The notes: a model not told the origin generated them from the letters alone. Shown: positions 43,795-54,147, counted from the stretch's first letter. The stretch: 64,000 nucleotides of DNA from an uncultured Gammaproteobacteria bacterium (GCA_963797555.1 CAWCPV010000016.1:64001-128000), one strand, 5' to 3'. Translations and numbers: made by a program.

Positions 43795-46098
43795 CCGGCC
43801 CGACCATTCTGGAACACCTGATCCAGCGGATTCGGCAAGCGGCCGTTTACAACCGCCACGACCTCGCAGCGCCGTCCGTGGTGTTGTGGACCGACGGAGA
43901 GCGCCTGTGGTCGAAGGTCATCCCTCTGCTGCGCGATGCCATGCCCGAGCTGCTGATTCTGGCCCCGAGATCGCCGACGAGCGCACCGGGCCGTCGACTT
44001 GGCTTCGTTATCGGCTCGCCCGCATCAATTGGCAAGAGACACCGGTCGTCTACCTGCCCGGGATACCGCGCCACGCATTTCGCGGTGCGGCCGGGTTCCC
44101 CGAGGCCGCGCGGCACCTATTCGCGCTTCAGTACCAGGGCCAGTTCTGGGGCCAATTGAACGGCAAGGACTGGACGCCGTCGGCCTTCCTGTCGTCACAG
44201 GAGGGCGGGCTCGGCCTCGATCTCGCCCGAGACCGCGCGACCCTGGAGGCGGTGAGCGCCCAACTGGTCCACGTGTTGCGCGCAACCCCCGAAAGCCTCG
44301 CGGGCCGGCGCCTCGAGGCGGCGGACTTCCATGGATTGGCGGCGGGCGATCCGGTCGGCCTGCTGTTGGAGTGGATGGCCGCCGAGGACGGCAAGCACGA
44401 CGACTGGCCCCTGAGCGCTGGACCGGATTCAAGGCCCTGTGCAAGCCGACCTTCGGTCTGGACCCAGACAAGGACGGCATCATCATCGCGGTAGACAAGC
44501 TGGTCGCGGGAGGAGGAATCTGGGATCAAGTGTGGACGCGTTACCGCCAGGCGCACAAGGCTTTCGCCGGGGTGCGCAAGGCACTGGATCTGGCGCGGCC
44601 GAAGGACCTGCTCGATGACGCCAACGACCGGATGCCGGCCGCGAACCGCAAGCAGGAGGCCGAACTGCGCTCGGGCCTCATGGGGCTCGCGGCGCTCCCG
44701 AAGGCCCGAGCACTGGAGAAGCTGAAGCAGCTCTGCGGGCAGCATGTAACTCGTGCGGATTCGCTCTGGGCGGACCTCGGCGAGGCGCCGCTGGCGCGGA
44801 CGGCCGTGCACTTGAAGACGCTAGTGGACGGCGCCGCCGCGGGGGGCTTGGGCAATGACTGGGAAGCGCTGGCCGCCGGCTACCTCGCCCGCGGCTGGCT
44901 CGTCGATGCTTCCGCTTGGCGCGCTTACGCTGCCGTGCGTGACGCACCGGATGTGGAGGCCGTGACGGCGGCACTGCGGGCCGTCTACCTGCCCTGGCTG
45001 GAGAACCTCGCGGAGCAGGTGCAGGGCTGGGCCGCCAGCTATCCCACCGCCGACCCGGCCAAGTGTCCCGTGTTCGGGCCTGCCCCCGGGACCGTGCTGG
45101 TGTTCGTGGACGGCCTTCGCTGCGACCTGGGCCTGGAGCTGGCTCGTTTGCTCCAAGAACACGGCCTTGCGGTGGAAATTGCAAGGCACTGGTCCGCCTT
45201 GCCCACGGTGACGGCGACGGCCAAGCCCGCGTGGCGACCGTTGGCGGACGGATTGGTCGGGAGCACTTTGTCAGAGGGGTTCGAGCCGCAGATCGCCGAG
45301 ACTGGAAAAAACCTCAAGACCCAAGCCTTCCGCAACCTGGTCGCCGACCTCGGCTGGCCCTGGCTGGAGCCGACGAGTACCGGCGACCCGACCGGCGCCG
45401 CATGGACCGAGACCGGTACCTTCGACCACGATGGCCATACGCAGGGGGCGCGCCTCGCCTGGCGGATGGAGGAGGACCTTCGGGCTGTCGGCCTGCGCGT
45501 ACGGGACCTGCTCCACGCCGGCTGGCAACGCGCGGTGCTGATCACGGATCACGGCTGGCTGCTCCTCCCCGGCGGACTGCCCAAGGTCGACCTACCGGCC
45601 CACCTGACCCAATCCCGCTGGCCCCGTTGCGCCGTGCCCCAGCCCGGTGCCCATCACGGGTTCGAGGAGTTGCCGTGGTTCTGGGGCGGGGGCCACTCCG
45701 TGGTCTGCGCACCGGGTGTCTCGGCCTTCAAGTCGGGCATCGAGTATGCCCACGGGGGCTTGACCCTGCAGGAAGCGCTGACGCCGATGCTGACGGTCAC
45801 AGCGGGCCAGCGGGCGGCGCAACCCATCGAGATCGCGAGCATCGAGTGGAAAGGCATGCGCCTGCGCGTGCAATTGAAGGGCGGGTTCTCCGGCACGGTC
45901 CTGGACATTCGCACGAAGCCGGCGGACGCGGGCTCTTCCGTGCTCGACTCCGAGCGGCGACTGCAGCCGCCCGGCGACGACGGGGCGGCCGCGCTGCTGG
46001 TGACGGACGACGAGTTCGAAGGTGCCGCCGCAGTGCTCGTGGTGATTCGGGACGGCGCGGTCGTGGCCAAGCAGCCGGTGACCATCGGTGGGGACTGA
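43791..46098 (+). CDS. pglZ: BREX PglZ phosphatase-fold protein, frameshifts ~43965 and ~44410
   Basis: VLWTD, QLNGKDWT, FVDGLR.D, LPTVT.TAK, ITDHGW, YAHGGLTLQE. Confidence 0.9.
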
Positions 46099-46102
46099 AT
46101 CC

Positions 46103-48181
46103 ATGCAGCTCGACGCGCTCGACCAGATTGCGGCCAGGGCATTCGACGGCTTCATCGTCCGCAAGGACCTGGTGCGCCGCTTCAAGGGCCAGTATCCGGT
46201 GCCTACCTATGTGGGCGAGTTCCTGCTCGGACGCTATTGCTCCAGCACCGACGAGCGCGAGATCCAGGAGGGCCTGGAGATCGTGCAGCGCCAGCTCGAA
46301 AGCCGCACCGTGCGCGCCGGGGAGGAGGAGCTGTTCAAGGCGCGCGCCAAGGAGCAGGGCCGGGTGAAGCTGATCGACCTGATTACCGCCCGCTTGGACG
46401 CCAAGAACGATTGCTTCGTCGCCGAGCTGCCGAGCCTGCGGATTAGAGATGTCCGGATCGGCGACGAGCTGGTCCACACTCACGAGCGGATGCTGACCGG
46501 CGGTTTCTACGCCGAGGTGGATCTCAGCTACGACCCGAGCATCGCCGAGGAGAAGCATGGTCGGCCCTTCGGCATCGAGTCCCTGCGGGAGATCCAGCTC
46601 TCCAAGCGCGACGCTCTGGACACCATGGCCCGCGGGAGGATGCTCTTCACCTTCGAAGAATGGCGCAATTTCCTGTTGCGCAGCATCGGCCTGGAGCCCG
46701 AGAGCCTGACCGCGCGCACTCGCGACGTGATGCTCCTGCGTATGGTCCCCTTCGTCGAGAACAACTACAACGCCATCGAGCTGGGACCCCGCGGGACCGG
46801 CAAGAGCCATCTCTTCCAGCAGGTCTCGCCGTATGCGCACCTGGTCTCCGGCGGCAAGGCGTCGGTTGCGAGGATGTTCGTCAACAACAGCACCGGGCAG
46901 CGTGGGCTGGTGTGCCAATACGACGTGGTCTGCTTCGACGAGGTCTCGGGCATCACCTTCGATCAGAAGGATGGCGTCAACATCATGAAGGGCTACATGG
47001 AGTCCGGAGAGTTCAGCCGGGGCAAAGAGAGCATCCGGGGCTTCGGCAGCATCTACATGGTCGGCAACTTCGACGTGGATGTCGCGCACCAGCAGCGCAT
47101 CGGCCATCTGTTCGGTCCCCTGCCCCCGGAGATGCGCGACGATACCGCCTTCATGGACCGCATCCACGCCTATCTGCCGGGGTGGGATATCCCCAAGGTC
47201 AGCCGCGAGCAGCTCACGGATCACTTCGGCCTGGTGAGCGATTTCCTGTCCTCCTGCTGGAATCACCTGCGCGCTTCCTCGCGGCTGCAGAAGCTCCAGG
47301 GGCGCATCCACTTCGGCGGGGCGCTGAGCGGGCGTGATACGAACGCCGTCCACAAGACCATGAACGGCCTGCTGAAGCTCATGTACCCATACTCGACCGT
47401 CGAGGGAGGGGAAGGCGCCGAATACGCGGACCGAGAGATCCCGGACGAGGCCATCGAGTGGGCCGCCCGGCTCGCGCTGGAATGCCGCCGCCGCGTCAAG
47501 GAGCAGCAGAAGCGCATCGGCTCCGCGGAGTTCCGCAATACCCACTTCAGCTTTCAACTGGGCGTCGACGGCATCGAGCAGTTCGTCGCCACACCGGAGC
47601 TACAGAGCGAGGACAGCATCGGCGACGATCCCTTGCCGCCCGGGCAGGTCTGGGTCCTGTCACCCGGCGGCCCGGATGAGCATCCCGGGCTGTTCAGGCT
47701 GGATGCCACCGAGGGACCCGGCTCGGGAGTGAAGATCCTCAACCAGCCGCCGCCCGCCCCTTTCAAGGAGAGCGTGCGCTGCGCCGAGCAGAACCTTTAC
47801 GCCAGGGCGAGGGAACTGGTGGGCGACCGGGACCCGAGGTCGCATGAGTTCTCGGTCCAGATGCGCGCCTTCGATGCCAGCAAGACCGGCACAGCGACGG
47901 GTGTCGCCGCGTTGCTCGCCCTGTGCTCGGCGCTGCTGGAGAGAAGCCTCAAGGGCGGCCTGATCGTTGTCGGCGGGCTCAATCTCGGCGGGTCCATCGA
48001 ACCCATCTACAACGCCGTCAGCGTCGTCGAGGCCGCCGCCGACAAGGGGGCGAAGATGGTTCTTCTGCCGGTGACCACCAGAAAGCAGCTCATCGAACTG
48101 GACGACGCCATCGCGACACGCGTCACCCTGGTCTTCTACTCGGACGCTCGGGACGCGCTGCTCAAGGCGCTCATCGAGTAG
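46103..48181 (+). CDS. brxL: BREX BrxL (AAA+ / Lon-like)
   Basis: VPTYV.EFLLG.YC, ELGPRGTGKSH, FDEV, MKGYMESG, AFMDR.H. Confidence 0.93.
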   Translation: MQLDALDQIAARAFDGFIVRKDLVRRFKGQYPVPTYVGEFLLGRYCSSTDEREIQEGLEIVQRQLESRTVRAGEEELFKARAKEQGRVKLIDLITARLDAKNDCFVAELPSLRIRDVRIGDELVHTHERMLTGGFYAEVDLSYDPSIAEEKHGRPFGIESLREIQLSKRDALDTMARGRMLFTFEEWRNFLLRSIGLEPESLTARTRDVMLLRMVPFVENNYNAIELGPRGTGKSHLFQQVSPYAHLVSGGKASVARMFVNNSTGQRGLVCQYDVVCFDEVSGITFDQKDGVNIMKGYMESGEFSRGKESIRGFGSIYMVGNFDVDVAHQQRIGHLFGPLPPEMRDDTAFMDRIHAYLPGWDIPKVSREQLTDHFGLVSDFLSSCWNHLRASSRLQKLQGRIHFGGALSGRDTNAVHKTMNGLLKLMYPYSTVEGGEGAEYADREIPDEAIEWAARLALECRRRVKEQQKRIGSAEFRNTHFSFQLGVDGIEQFVATPELQSEDSIGDDPLPPGQVWVLSPGGPDEHPGLFRLDATEGPGSGVKILNQPPPAPFKESVRCAEQNLYARARELVGDRDPRSHEFSVQMRAFDASKTGTATGVAALLALCSALLERSLKGGLIVVGGLNLGGSIEPIYNAVSVVEAAADKGAKMVLLPVTTRKQLIELDDAIATRVTLVFYSDARDALLKALIE

Positions 48182-48356
48182 GCGGCGGTTTTGCGTTGGA
48201 CGGGGGGCTCCGCCTATCCTTCGTGACCCGGCGCCGGAACGACGCCTCTAACCGGTCCTGGCGGACTTTCACCGCCCCGGAACATAAAAACGGTGGCGCC
48301 ATGACCGGTTTCCCTCCCGCAAAACGGGGGAGATCGGTTCTCCCTCCACGAGCCGT

Positions 48357-48431
48357 GTAGGTCGGGTTAGCGTAGCGTAACCCGACATCTCCCAACGTCG
48401 GGTTACGGCCTTGGGGCCTAACCCGACCTAC
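48357..48431. repeat. Inverted GTAG-type REP doublet
   Basis: gtaggtcgggttagcgtagcgtaacccgac ... gtcgggttacggccttggggcctaacccgacctac. Confidence 0.85.
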
Positions 48432-48585
48432 CCGTCTTATTCTTCGTTACCCCTCGCTTGAATTCGCACGACGCCTGGTAGGCAAGGGTTTGGCGGTTTC
48501 ATAGAAGATCGGAAAGGCCCTCGTGCTTCGGGAACAGATTTCAGTTCTCGCCATAGGAAGGTGTTCACCCGCTCCCTCTCCGCGG

Positions 48586-50748
48586 TCACAGCGACGCCGT
48601 GAACCCGATGGCCCGGCTGGTATGCGCGCCTTTCAGGCGGCTCTCGGTGTCGAGGCGCTCCAGCAGCGTCTCGGCGACCAGGTCCTCATCGCTCAGGCGA
48701 GTCTGACGCAGCACGGTGGCGAAGTCACCCGGCGTGAGGTTGTCGAGCCGCGCCAGCCGGAACAGGATCTGCTCACCCAGCCTTTCCGCGCCTGGAGCGG
48801 ACTCCCGGAGCGTCGCGAGGAACAGCCGCTCCGCCTGTTCGCGGGTCAGGAAGCGGTACTCCACCTTGAAGTCGAAGCGCCGCAGCACCGCCTCGTCGAG
48901 CTGCTCCATGAGGTTGGTGGCGCAGACGAAGATGCCCTCGAACTCCTCCAGTTGCTTGAGGAGCTCGTTCACCTGAGTGACCTCCCAAGAGCGAACGGCG
49001 CCCTGGCGGCTCCGGAGGAAGCTGTCCGCCTCGTCCAGCAGCAGAATGGCGCCTTCTGAGGCTGCTTGCCGGAACATGGCGGCGATGTTCTTCTCCGTCC
49101 GCCCGAGGTACATGTCGAGAAGATCCGAGGCGCGCCGCTCGATGAGCGGGCAGTCCAGATGCTCGGCAAGATGCTGGCCGAAGGCGGTCTTGCCGGTACC
49201 CGGTGGACCGTAGAGGCAGACCCGACCCTGCCGCGTGCGTCCGAGCCCCTCGGCCAGGGACCGCAGGTCGGTGCTGGCATGGCAGTAGTCGAGGTCGTAT
49301 GGGAGCGTCGGGAGCCCCCGAGGCTTCAGCGAAAAGGGAATTCCCCGCACCTCGAAGTGCCCGCGCAAGGTCCGTTCGAGGACCGCCTCCATCTCGCCGG
49401 GGGTGTCCGCGCCGAGGCGGGCCACCACTTTGCGGGCGCGTTCGATGTCGGCCGGGGTGAGGTGCTCGTTGCCGGCCAGGCGGTCGAGGGTCTCCTCGCT
49501 CACCGGCAAGTCCCCGAGGGCGCTCTGGAGCATGCCTCTTCGGACCTGCCGGGGCGGCACCGGAAGCTCCTGCACATAGTCGAAGCGGCGCAGGTAGGCG
49601 GGGTCGAACTGGTCCACGTGGTTGCTGAGCCAGAAGGTGGGTACCGGATTCTCTTCCAGGAGCTGGTTCACCCAGCCCTTGGTGCGGCCCTCGGAGGAGG
49701 ATCGACCGAGCCAGAAAGCGCTCGGCCGCGGGAAAACGTCCTCCACCTCGTCGAACAGGATGAGGTGGCGGGGATGCCGGGAGAGCATGCGCTGGCACAG
49801 GCGGTAGGCCCGGAAGCGGTCGGCGCCCTCGATGCCGTCGCCGTCCTCGTCTCCCGAGGCCACCTCGTAGAGGGTCGCCCCGAGCGCTTCGGAGAGCGCC
49901 CGCGCAAGCTCGGTCTTGCCGGTCCCCGACCGGCCGTGGAGGAGGATGTTGACGCCCCGAGCGCGGGTCTCCAGGACACGCTGGATATATCGGAGCAGAA
50001 GCTCCACCGGCTCCTTCAGGTGGGGATACTGGTCGAGGCGTACCCTCGCCCGGGGGCTCGGGCGGAACTGGGCGACGAACAGGGCGTGGAGATCGCGCTG
50101 CTCGGTCAGCAACGCACTGCCCGCGCCCTTGAGGAGCTCCAGCTTGCCCGCTAGTGCATAGGACCCGCGGTGGTCCACCTCGACCAGGCCCGCAGCACGC
50201 AAGGTGCCCTCCCGATGCAGGGCGCACTCGATGTCCGGGCGCGCCAGCTCGAGCACCGCGGAGAGCAAGCGGACGAGATCGCCACTATTCAGATCCCCAG
50301 CGCGTTCCCCGCACTCCCGCAGCAGGTTGTCGCTATGGAGCACCACCGTGAACAGCAGCAGTTCGGTCTCCGCCGCGCTGAGATCGAGCAGCTTCGCCAG
50401 ACGGCGGACGTTGCGCATCAGCGGACCGGAGCGCCGCGGCGGCCCGCTCGGCGTCTCGCGCAGTCGGCTCCGCACCGCCTGCCGGACCTGGGCGGAACTC
50501 AGGTCCTCCAGGGTTTCCGCATCGAGCCCGAGCAGGGGGCACAGGAGGTCCTGGTCCACTATCGGCGGAACAATGCGCGGCCGCCTCATGCCGTAAGCCA
50601 AAAGCCGCAGGGACCAGAGTCGAGACTGGGCCTCGAAGCCTTCCACGCTGCCCGCACCGAACGAACCGCGACGACGACGTCTCGATGGGGTGATCCTCTC
50701 TGCCAGGAATGGTAGGGACCATTCTGGCCCAGGATCGCGACAAATCAT
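48586..50748 (-). CDS. Tandem-AAA ATPase (two SpoVK/CDC48-like modules); start uncertain
   Basis: GRSGTGKT/LFDEVED/AYLRRFD and GPPGTGKT/LLDEADS/AVLRRFD, terminal IGF. Confidence 0.88.
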   Translation of the reverse strand: MICRDPGPEWSLPFLAERITPSRRRRRGSFGAGSVEGFEAQSRLWSLRLLAYGMRRPRIVPPIVDQDLLCPLLGLDAETLEDLSSAQVRQAVRSRLRETPSGPPRRSGPLMRNVRRLAKLLDLSAAETELLLFTVVLHSDNLLRECGERAGDLNSGDLVRLLSAVLELARPDIECALHREGTLRAAGLVEVDHRGSYALAGKLELLKGAGSALLTEQRDLHALFVAQFRPSPRARVRLDQYPHLKEPVELLLRYIQRVLETRARGVNILLHGRSGTGKTELARALSEALGATLYEVASGDEDGDGIEGADRFRAYRLCQRMLSRHPRHLILFDEVEDVFPRPSAFWLGRSSSEGRTKGWVNQLLEENPVPTFWLSNHVDQFDPAYLRRFDYVQELPVPPRQVRRGMLQSALGDLPVSEETLDRLAGNEHLTPADIERARKVVARLGADTPGEMEAVLERTLRGHFEVRGIPFSLKPRGLPTLPYDLDYCHASTDLRSLAEGLGRTRQGRVCLYGPPGTGKTAFGQHLAEHLDCPLIERRASDLLDMYLGRTEKNIAAMFRQAASEGAILLLDEADSFLRSRQGAVRSWEVTQVNELLKQLEEFEGIFVCATNLMEQLDEAVLRRFDFKVEYRFLTREQAERLFLATLRESAPGAERLGEQILFRLARLDNLTPGDFATVLRQTRLSDEDLVAETLLERLDTESRLKGAHTSRAIGFTASL

Positions 50749-50774
50749 GTCACCTGCTGTCGTGATTTGTCGCA
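50737..50774. promoter_or_regulatory. Palindromic operator in the divergent AAA/WYL promoter
   Basis: Perfect 11-bp IR gcgacaaatca-N15-tgatttgtcgc; regulatory role inferred. Confidence 0.7.
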
Positions 50775-50824
50775 ACGGGTGCTTACGCTTAAACTGAACG
50801 ACTGCGGAGACGCAGAGGCGAGCC

Positions 50825-51850
50825 ATGAAGACTAAGACCGACACCTTGCTACGGCAGTGGGCGATGCTGCAGCACATCCCTCGCTACCCGAGGACCATCA
50901 CCACCCAGACCCTCAAAGACCGCCTGGCCGACGAGGGGCACGAGGTCTCCAAACGCACCGTGGAGCGGGACCTGGTGAAGCTGTCGCGAGTCTTCCGCCT
51001 GGGCTCGGAGACCCGGAACCGGGTGCAGCACTGGTTCTGGCCGGAGAACCTGGGCGTGTTCGACATTCCGGGCATGGGTCCGGCGGCGGCCCTCGCCTTC
51101 CGGCTGGCGGAGGCTCATCTCCGGCCGCTTCTTCCTCCGGCGACCCTGCAGTTGCTCGGCCCCTACTTCGAGCGCGCCAAGGAGATCCTGGACGCCGGCA
51201 ATTCAGGCCCCAAGGGTTGGCAGGACAAGGTCCGGGTGATTCCGCGCGGCCCCGAGCTTCGGGCGCCACAGGTCAAGCCCGAGGTCCAGCAGGCGGTCTA
51301 CCAGGCGCTGCTGGAGGAGCGACGGCTCCGGGTGGACTACCATCCGAAGGGCGCCGATCAGTTCCAGACTTACGAGGTGGGTCCCCTCGGGCTGGTGGTG
51401 CGGGAGGGCGTGCTCTATCTGGTCTCGACCCTGTGGGACTACACGGACATTAAGCAGCTCGCTTGTCATCGGATGACGACGGCGAACGTGCTGGAGAAGC
51501 GGGTGCGGCGGCCGCAGGGGTTCGATCTGGACCGCTACATCCGGGGCCAAGGGGAGTTCGCGTATCCCACCGGAAAGGGGAAGGTCCGACTGCGCGCTCT
51601 GTTCGACGAAGCGGCCGCGGAGCACCTGTACGAGCGACCGCTCGCAGACGACCAAGAGCTGAAGACGCGGCGCGACGGCCGAGTGCTCCTGACCGCCACG
51701 GTGCTCGACACCTACGAGCTGCGCTGGTGGCTGCTGGGGTTCGGGGAGCAGGTGGAGGTGGTGGGGCCGAAGGGGCTCAGGCGGGAGTTCGCCCGTATCA
51801 GTCAGGCGATGGCGGGGCGCTATTCAGGATCCGGAACGGAAGCAGCGTAG
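50825..51850 (+). CDS. wHTH-WYL-WCX transcriptional regulator (BrxR/CapW-like)
   Basis: VSKRTVERDL..L HTH, V.PLGLV......YL, HRM, L.WWLLGFG..VEV..P..LR. Confidence 0.92.
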   Translation: MKTKTDTLLRQWAMLQHIPRYPRTITTQTLKDRLADEGHEVSKRTVERDLVKLSRVFRLGSETRNRVQHWFWPENLGVFDIPGMGPAAALAFRLAEAHLRPLLPPATLQLLGPYFERAKEILDAGNSGPKGWQDKVRVIPRGPELRAPQVKPEVQQAVYQALLEERRLRVDYHPKGADQFQTYEVGPLGLVVREGVLYLVSTLWDYTDIKQLACHRMTTANVLEKRVRRPQGFDLDRYIRGQGEFAYPTGKGKVRLRALFDEAAAEHLYERPLADDQELKTRRDGRVLLTATVLDTYELRWWLLGFGEQVEVVGPKGLRREFARISQAMAGRYSGSGTEAA

Positions 51851-52082
51851 TTGGTTGCCCGAGGGACCCTTGGGCCGGCGACCCAGGGCCGCGAGGCGCG
51901 CCATCCGCGGCCGCGCGGGAGCCTTGGAAATCAAACAGAAGCGGAACACCAGGTGCCATTTGACCATGGGCCAGTCCGAACAGGCGGCTTGCCGAACTGG
52001 GAGCCACGCCTGCCAGGGGACCGGTCCGGTCCCAACATAGAAGACGCGGTTGCGGTGTTCGCCGCGTGGTAGACTGCGTACG

Positions 52083-52367
52083 ATGGCTACAGTGACTTTC
52101 GACACCCTCAAGTACGTCAAGCGGCTCAAGGAATCCGGGCTTCCCGAAGGTCAGGCGGAGGCACAGGCCGAAGCGCTGGCCGACGTGCTGCAGACCAACC
52201 TCACCGACCTCGCCACACAGCGAGACCTGCGGGCTCTAGAGGACCGTTTGATTGCCCGGATAGATAAGCTGGATGCCCGGCTGAGCGGTGAGATCGCCCT
52301 CCTCAAGTGGATGCTCGGCCTGCTGCTGGGCGGCGTCGCGGCACTAATTCTGAAGGCATTCTTCTGA
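52083..52367 (+). CDS. DUF1640/CCDC90 coiled-coil protein
   Basis: FDTLKYVKRL...G....QAEA, LAT..DL, LLKWM plus C-terminal TM helix. Confidence 0.85.
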   Translation: MATVTFDTLKYVKRLKESGLPEGQAEAQAEALADVLQTNLTDLATQRDLRALEDRLIARIDKLDARLSGEIALLKWMLGLLLGGVAALILKAFF

Positions 52368-52526
52368 CGGGGCTGACTCTGGACATTGCCCGAGCTCCGC
52401 CGTGTCGCGCCTTCGATGCACGAGCTGCATCCCGTTGGACGCGCCTTAGTGCACCTGCGGCAGTTCGGCTGCAACCCATCCGCCCCACAGCAGGGCACGC
52501 CGGCCAACGGCATACCTTCCACCCAC

Positions 52527-52659
52527 GAGCCACATGTCATCGTCATTCCGGCATGGATTGCCGGAATCCAGAGACCAGGGACGGTCATCCGGATCACATC
52601 CCTGTGCCTAGATTTCCGCCACTCCATGGCGGAAGGAGATTTGTGCAGGGACATGGCTC
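52527..52659. repeat. Palindromic REP/MITE-like element, copy 2 (reverse, decayed)
   Basis: cgtcattccggcatggattgccggaatccag is the exact reverse complement of the right hairpin of copy 1. Confidence 0.8.
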
Positions 52660-52776
52660 AAGGGTTTGCGCTGGCACCCGTCGAAGCTGCCCAGCCCCGA
52701 GACCGTCCGATTGACGGACACCCCGTAGCTTCCTATGCTGGAGGCTGTCAACCATAGCGTCCGGCCTACATTGGCC

Positions 52777-53430
52777 ATGTCCCTCGCGCTGAAGGTCACC
52801 ACTGCCGACGGAAAGGAATTCGCCGGCCCCTACTTGCTGCGGGTGGGTGGGTGGACCGAGGAGCGCTATTTCGCCGAGGCGCCTGAATCACAAATCGTCG
52901 AATTCGATGACGGGGACCTCATCGTGCCGTCTCCTCTCAACATCCACCACCAAGACTTGGTCGGCTTTCTGTCGTTCCTGCTGCGCGGATACGTAAGCTC
53001 GAAGGGCTTGGGGCGGGTCTTCAATGGTCCAGCCGTCGTCCGGCTTCGCCCCGGCCTCGACTACGAGCCCGACATCTTCGTCGTGCTGGCCGAACAGTTG
53101 GCTCAGATCGGCAAGCAGTACATCTCGGGTGGGCCAGCGTTTCTCGTCGAGGTCATCTCGCCCGGCGGACGCAGTTACGACTTGCATTCCAAGGCGGACA
53201 ATTATCGCCGATACGGCGTCCGCGAGTACTGGGCTATCGACCCGGAAACACGCACGCTCCATCAGCACAACCTTTCCGATCACGATGAAGGCCGTTACCT
53301 CGTCAGAGAATACGTCAGTGGCCGGGTGGAAAGCACCGTGCTGCCCGGGTTCTGGATCGACGCCTCGTGGCTCTGGCAGGAGCCCTTACCGGAGGGGTTC
53401 TCGCTCCTGGAAGAGTTGCTTCGGTCCTGA
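52777..53430 (+). CDS. Uma2-family endonuclease
   Basis: E..DG, P...HQ, PDI.V, VEV.SP, K...Y...GV.EYW.IDP, S.VLPGF. Confidence 0.9.
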   Translation: MSLALKVTTADGKEFAGPYLLRVGGWTEERYFAEAPESQIVEFDDGDLIVPSPLNIHHQDLVGFLSFLLRGYVSSKGLGRVFNGPAVVRLRPGLDYEPDIFVVLAEQLAQIGKQYISGGPAFLVEVISPGGRSYDLHSKADNYRRYGVREYWAIDPETRTLHQHNLSDHDEGRYLVREYVSGRVESTVLPGFWIDASWLWQEPLPEGFSLLEELLRS

Positions 53431-53586
53431 GAGCGCGCTGTTCCTGGCACAGGACATGCCTTGCCAGTCAGTGGCCGTGAGGCGGAGCTTGGGACGGCGG
53501 TGCGCTGCGGATACCGGCCTCGGTCGTGTCGTGGGAAATAAAACAACGACCCCAATCACGTTGAAATGTGCGCGCGAGCTTGGTAC

Positions 53587-53717
53587 TTACACACAATTCG
53601 TCATTCCGTACAGGGAGTGTACGGAATCCAGGGGCAAGGATGCCGAGCCATGCCGTCCGTGGCCTCTGGATTCCGGCTTCCCAGCCGGAATGACAGTTGA
53701 GACCAAGAGTTGTGTAA
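53587..53717. repeat. Palindromic REP/MITE-like element, copy 3
   Basis: ttacacacaa...ttgtgtaa ends and the same two hairpins as copy 1. Confidence 0.82.
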
Positions 53718-53736
53718 CGGCAAGGGCCTACGGGGT

Positions 53737-54147
53737 TTACAGATGGCTCAGGGTCACCGGCCGAACCAGCTCGGAATAGCGTGCCAGGAAGGCATCCGAG
53801 GTCACCAGGTAGGCGGGCAGCGTTTGTGCTTGAGCGACCAACAGGCGGTCGAACCGGTCGTGGTGGTGCCAAGGTAAGCGTGCGACAGCAAACGCGTGGG
53901 CTGCGGCGATAGGCAGCTCGGTGAATCCGGTATCGATTGCCACTCGGTGCACCTCGTCGGGCGGAACGGAAAAGTCGCCCCGTCCCAGTGAGGTCTTGAT
54001 GGCGATCTCCCAAATACGGGCAGCGCTGAACAGGATCTCACACTCGGGATCCCGAAGCTGCGCATGTACACCGCCGGGCAGCCGCTCTGGATCGATGACG
54101 GCTGCCAGCAGAACGTTCGTATGGATCAAGAGCTGTTACCCGGACAC
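53737..54147 (-). pseudogene. vapC: VapC PIN toxin, probably inactivated
   Basis: WEIAIK, HHDRFDRLLVAQA; N-terminus reads VSG*QLLIHTN (stop codon, first catalytic Asp replaced by His). Confidence 0.75.

Noticed and set aside
52400-52480. ELHPV..LVH peptide resembling RAYT ELNPVRA.MV.HP
   Set aside because: Too degenerate to support as a transposase remnant
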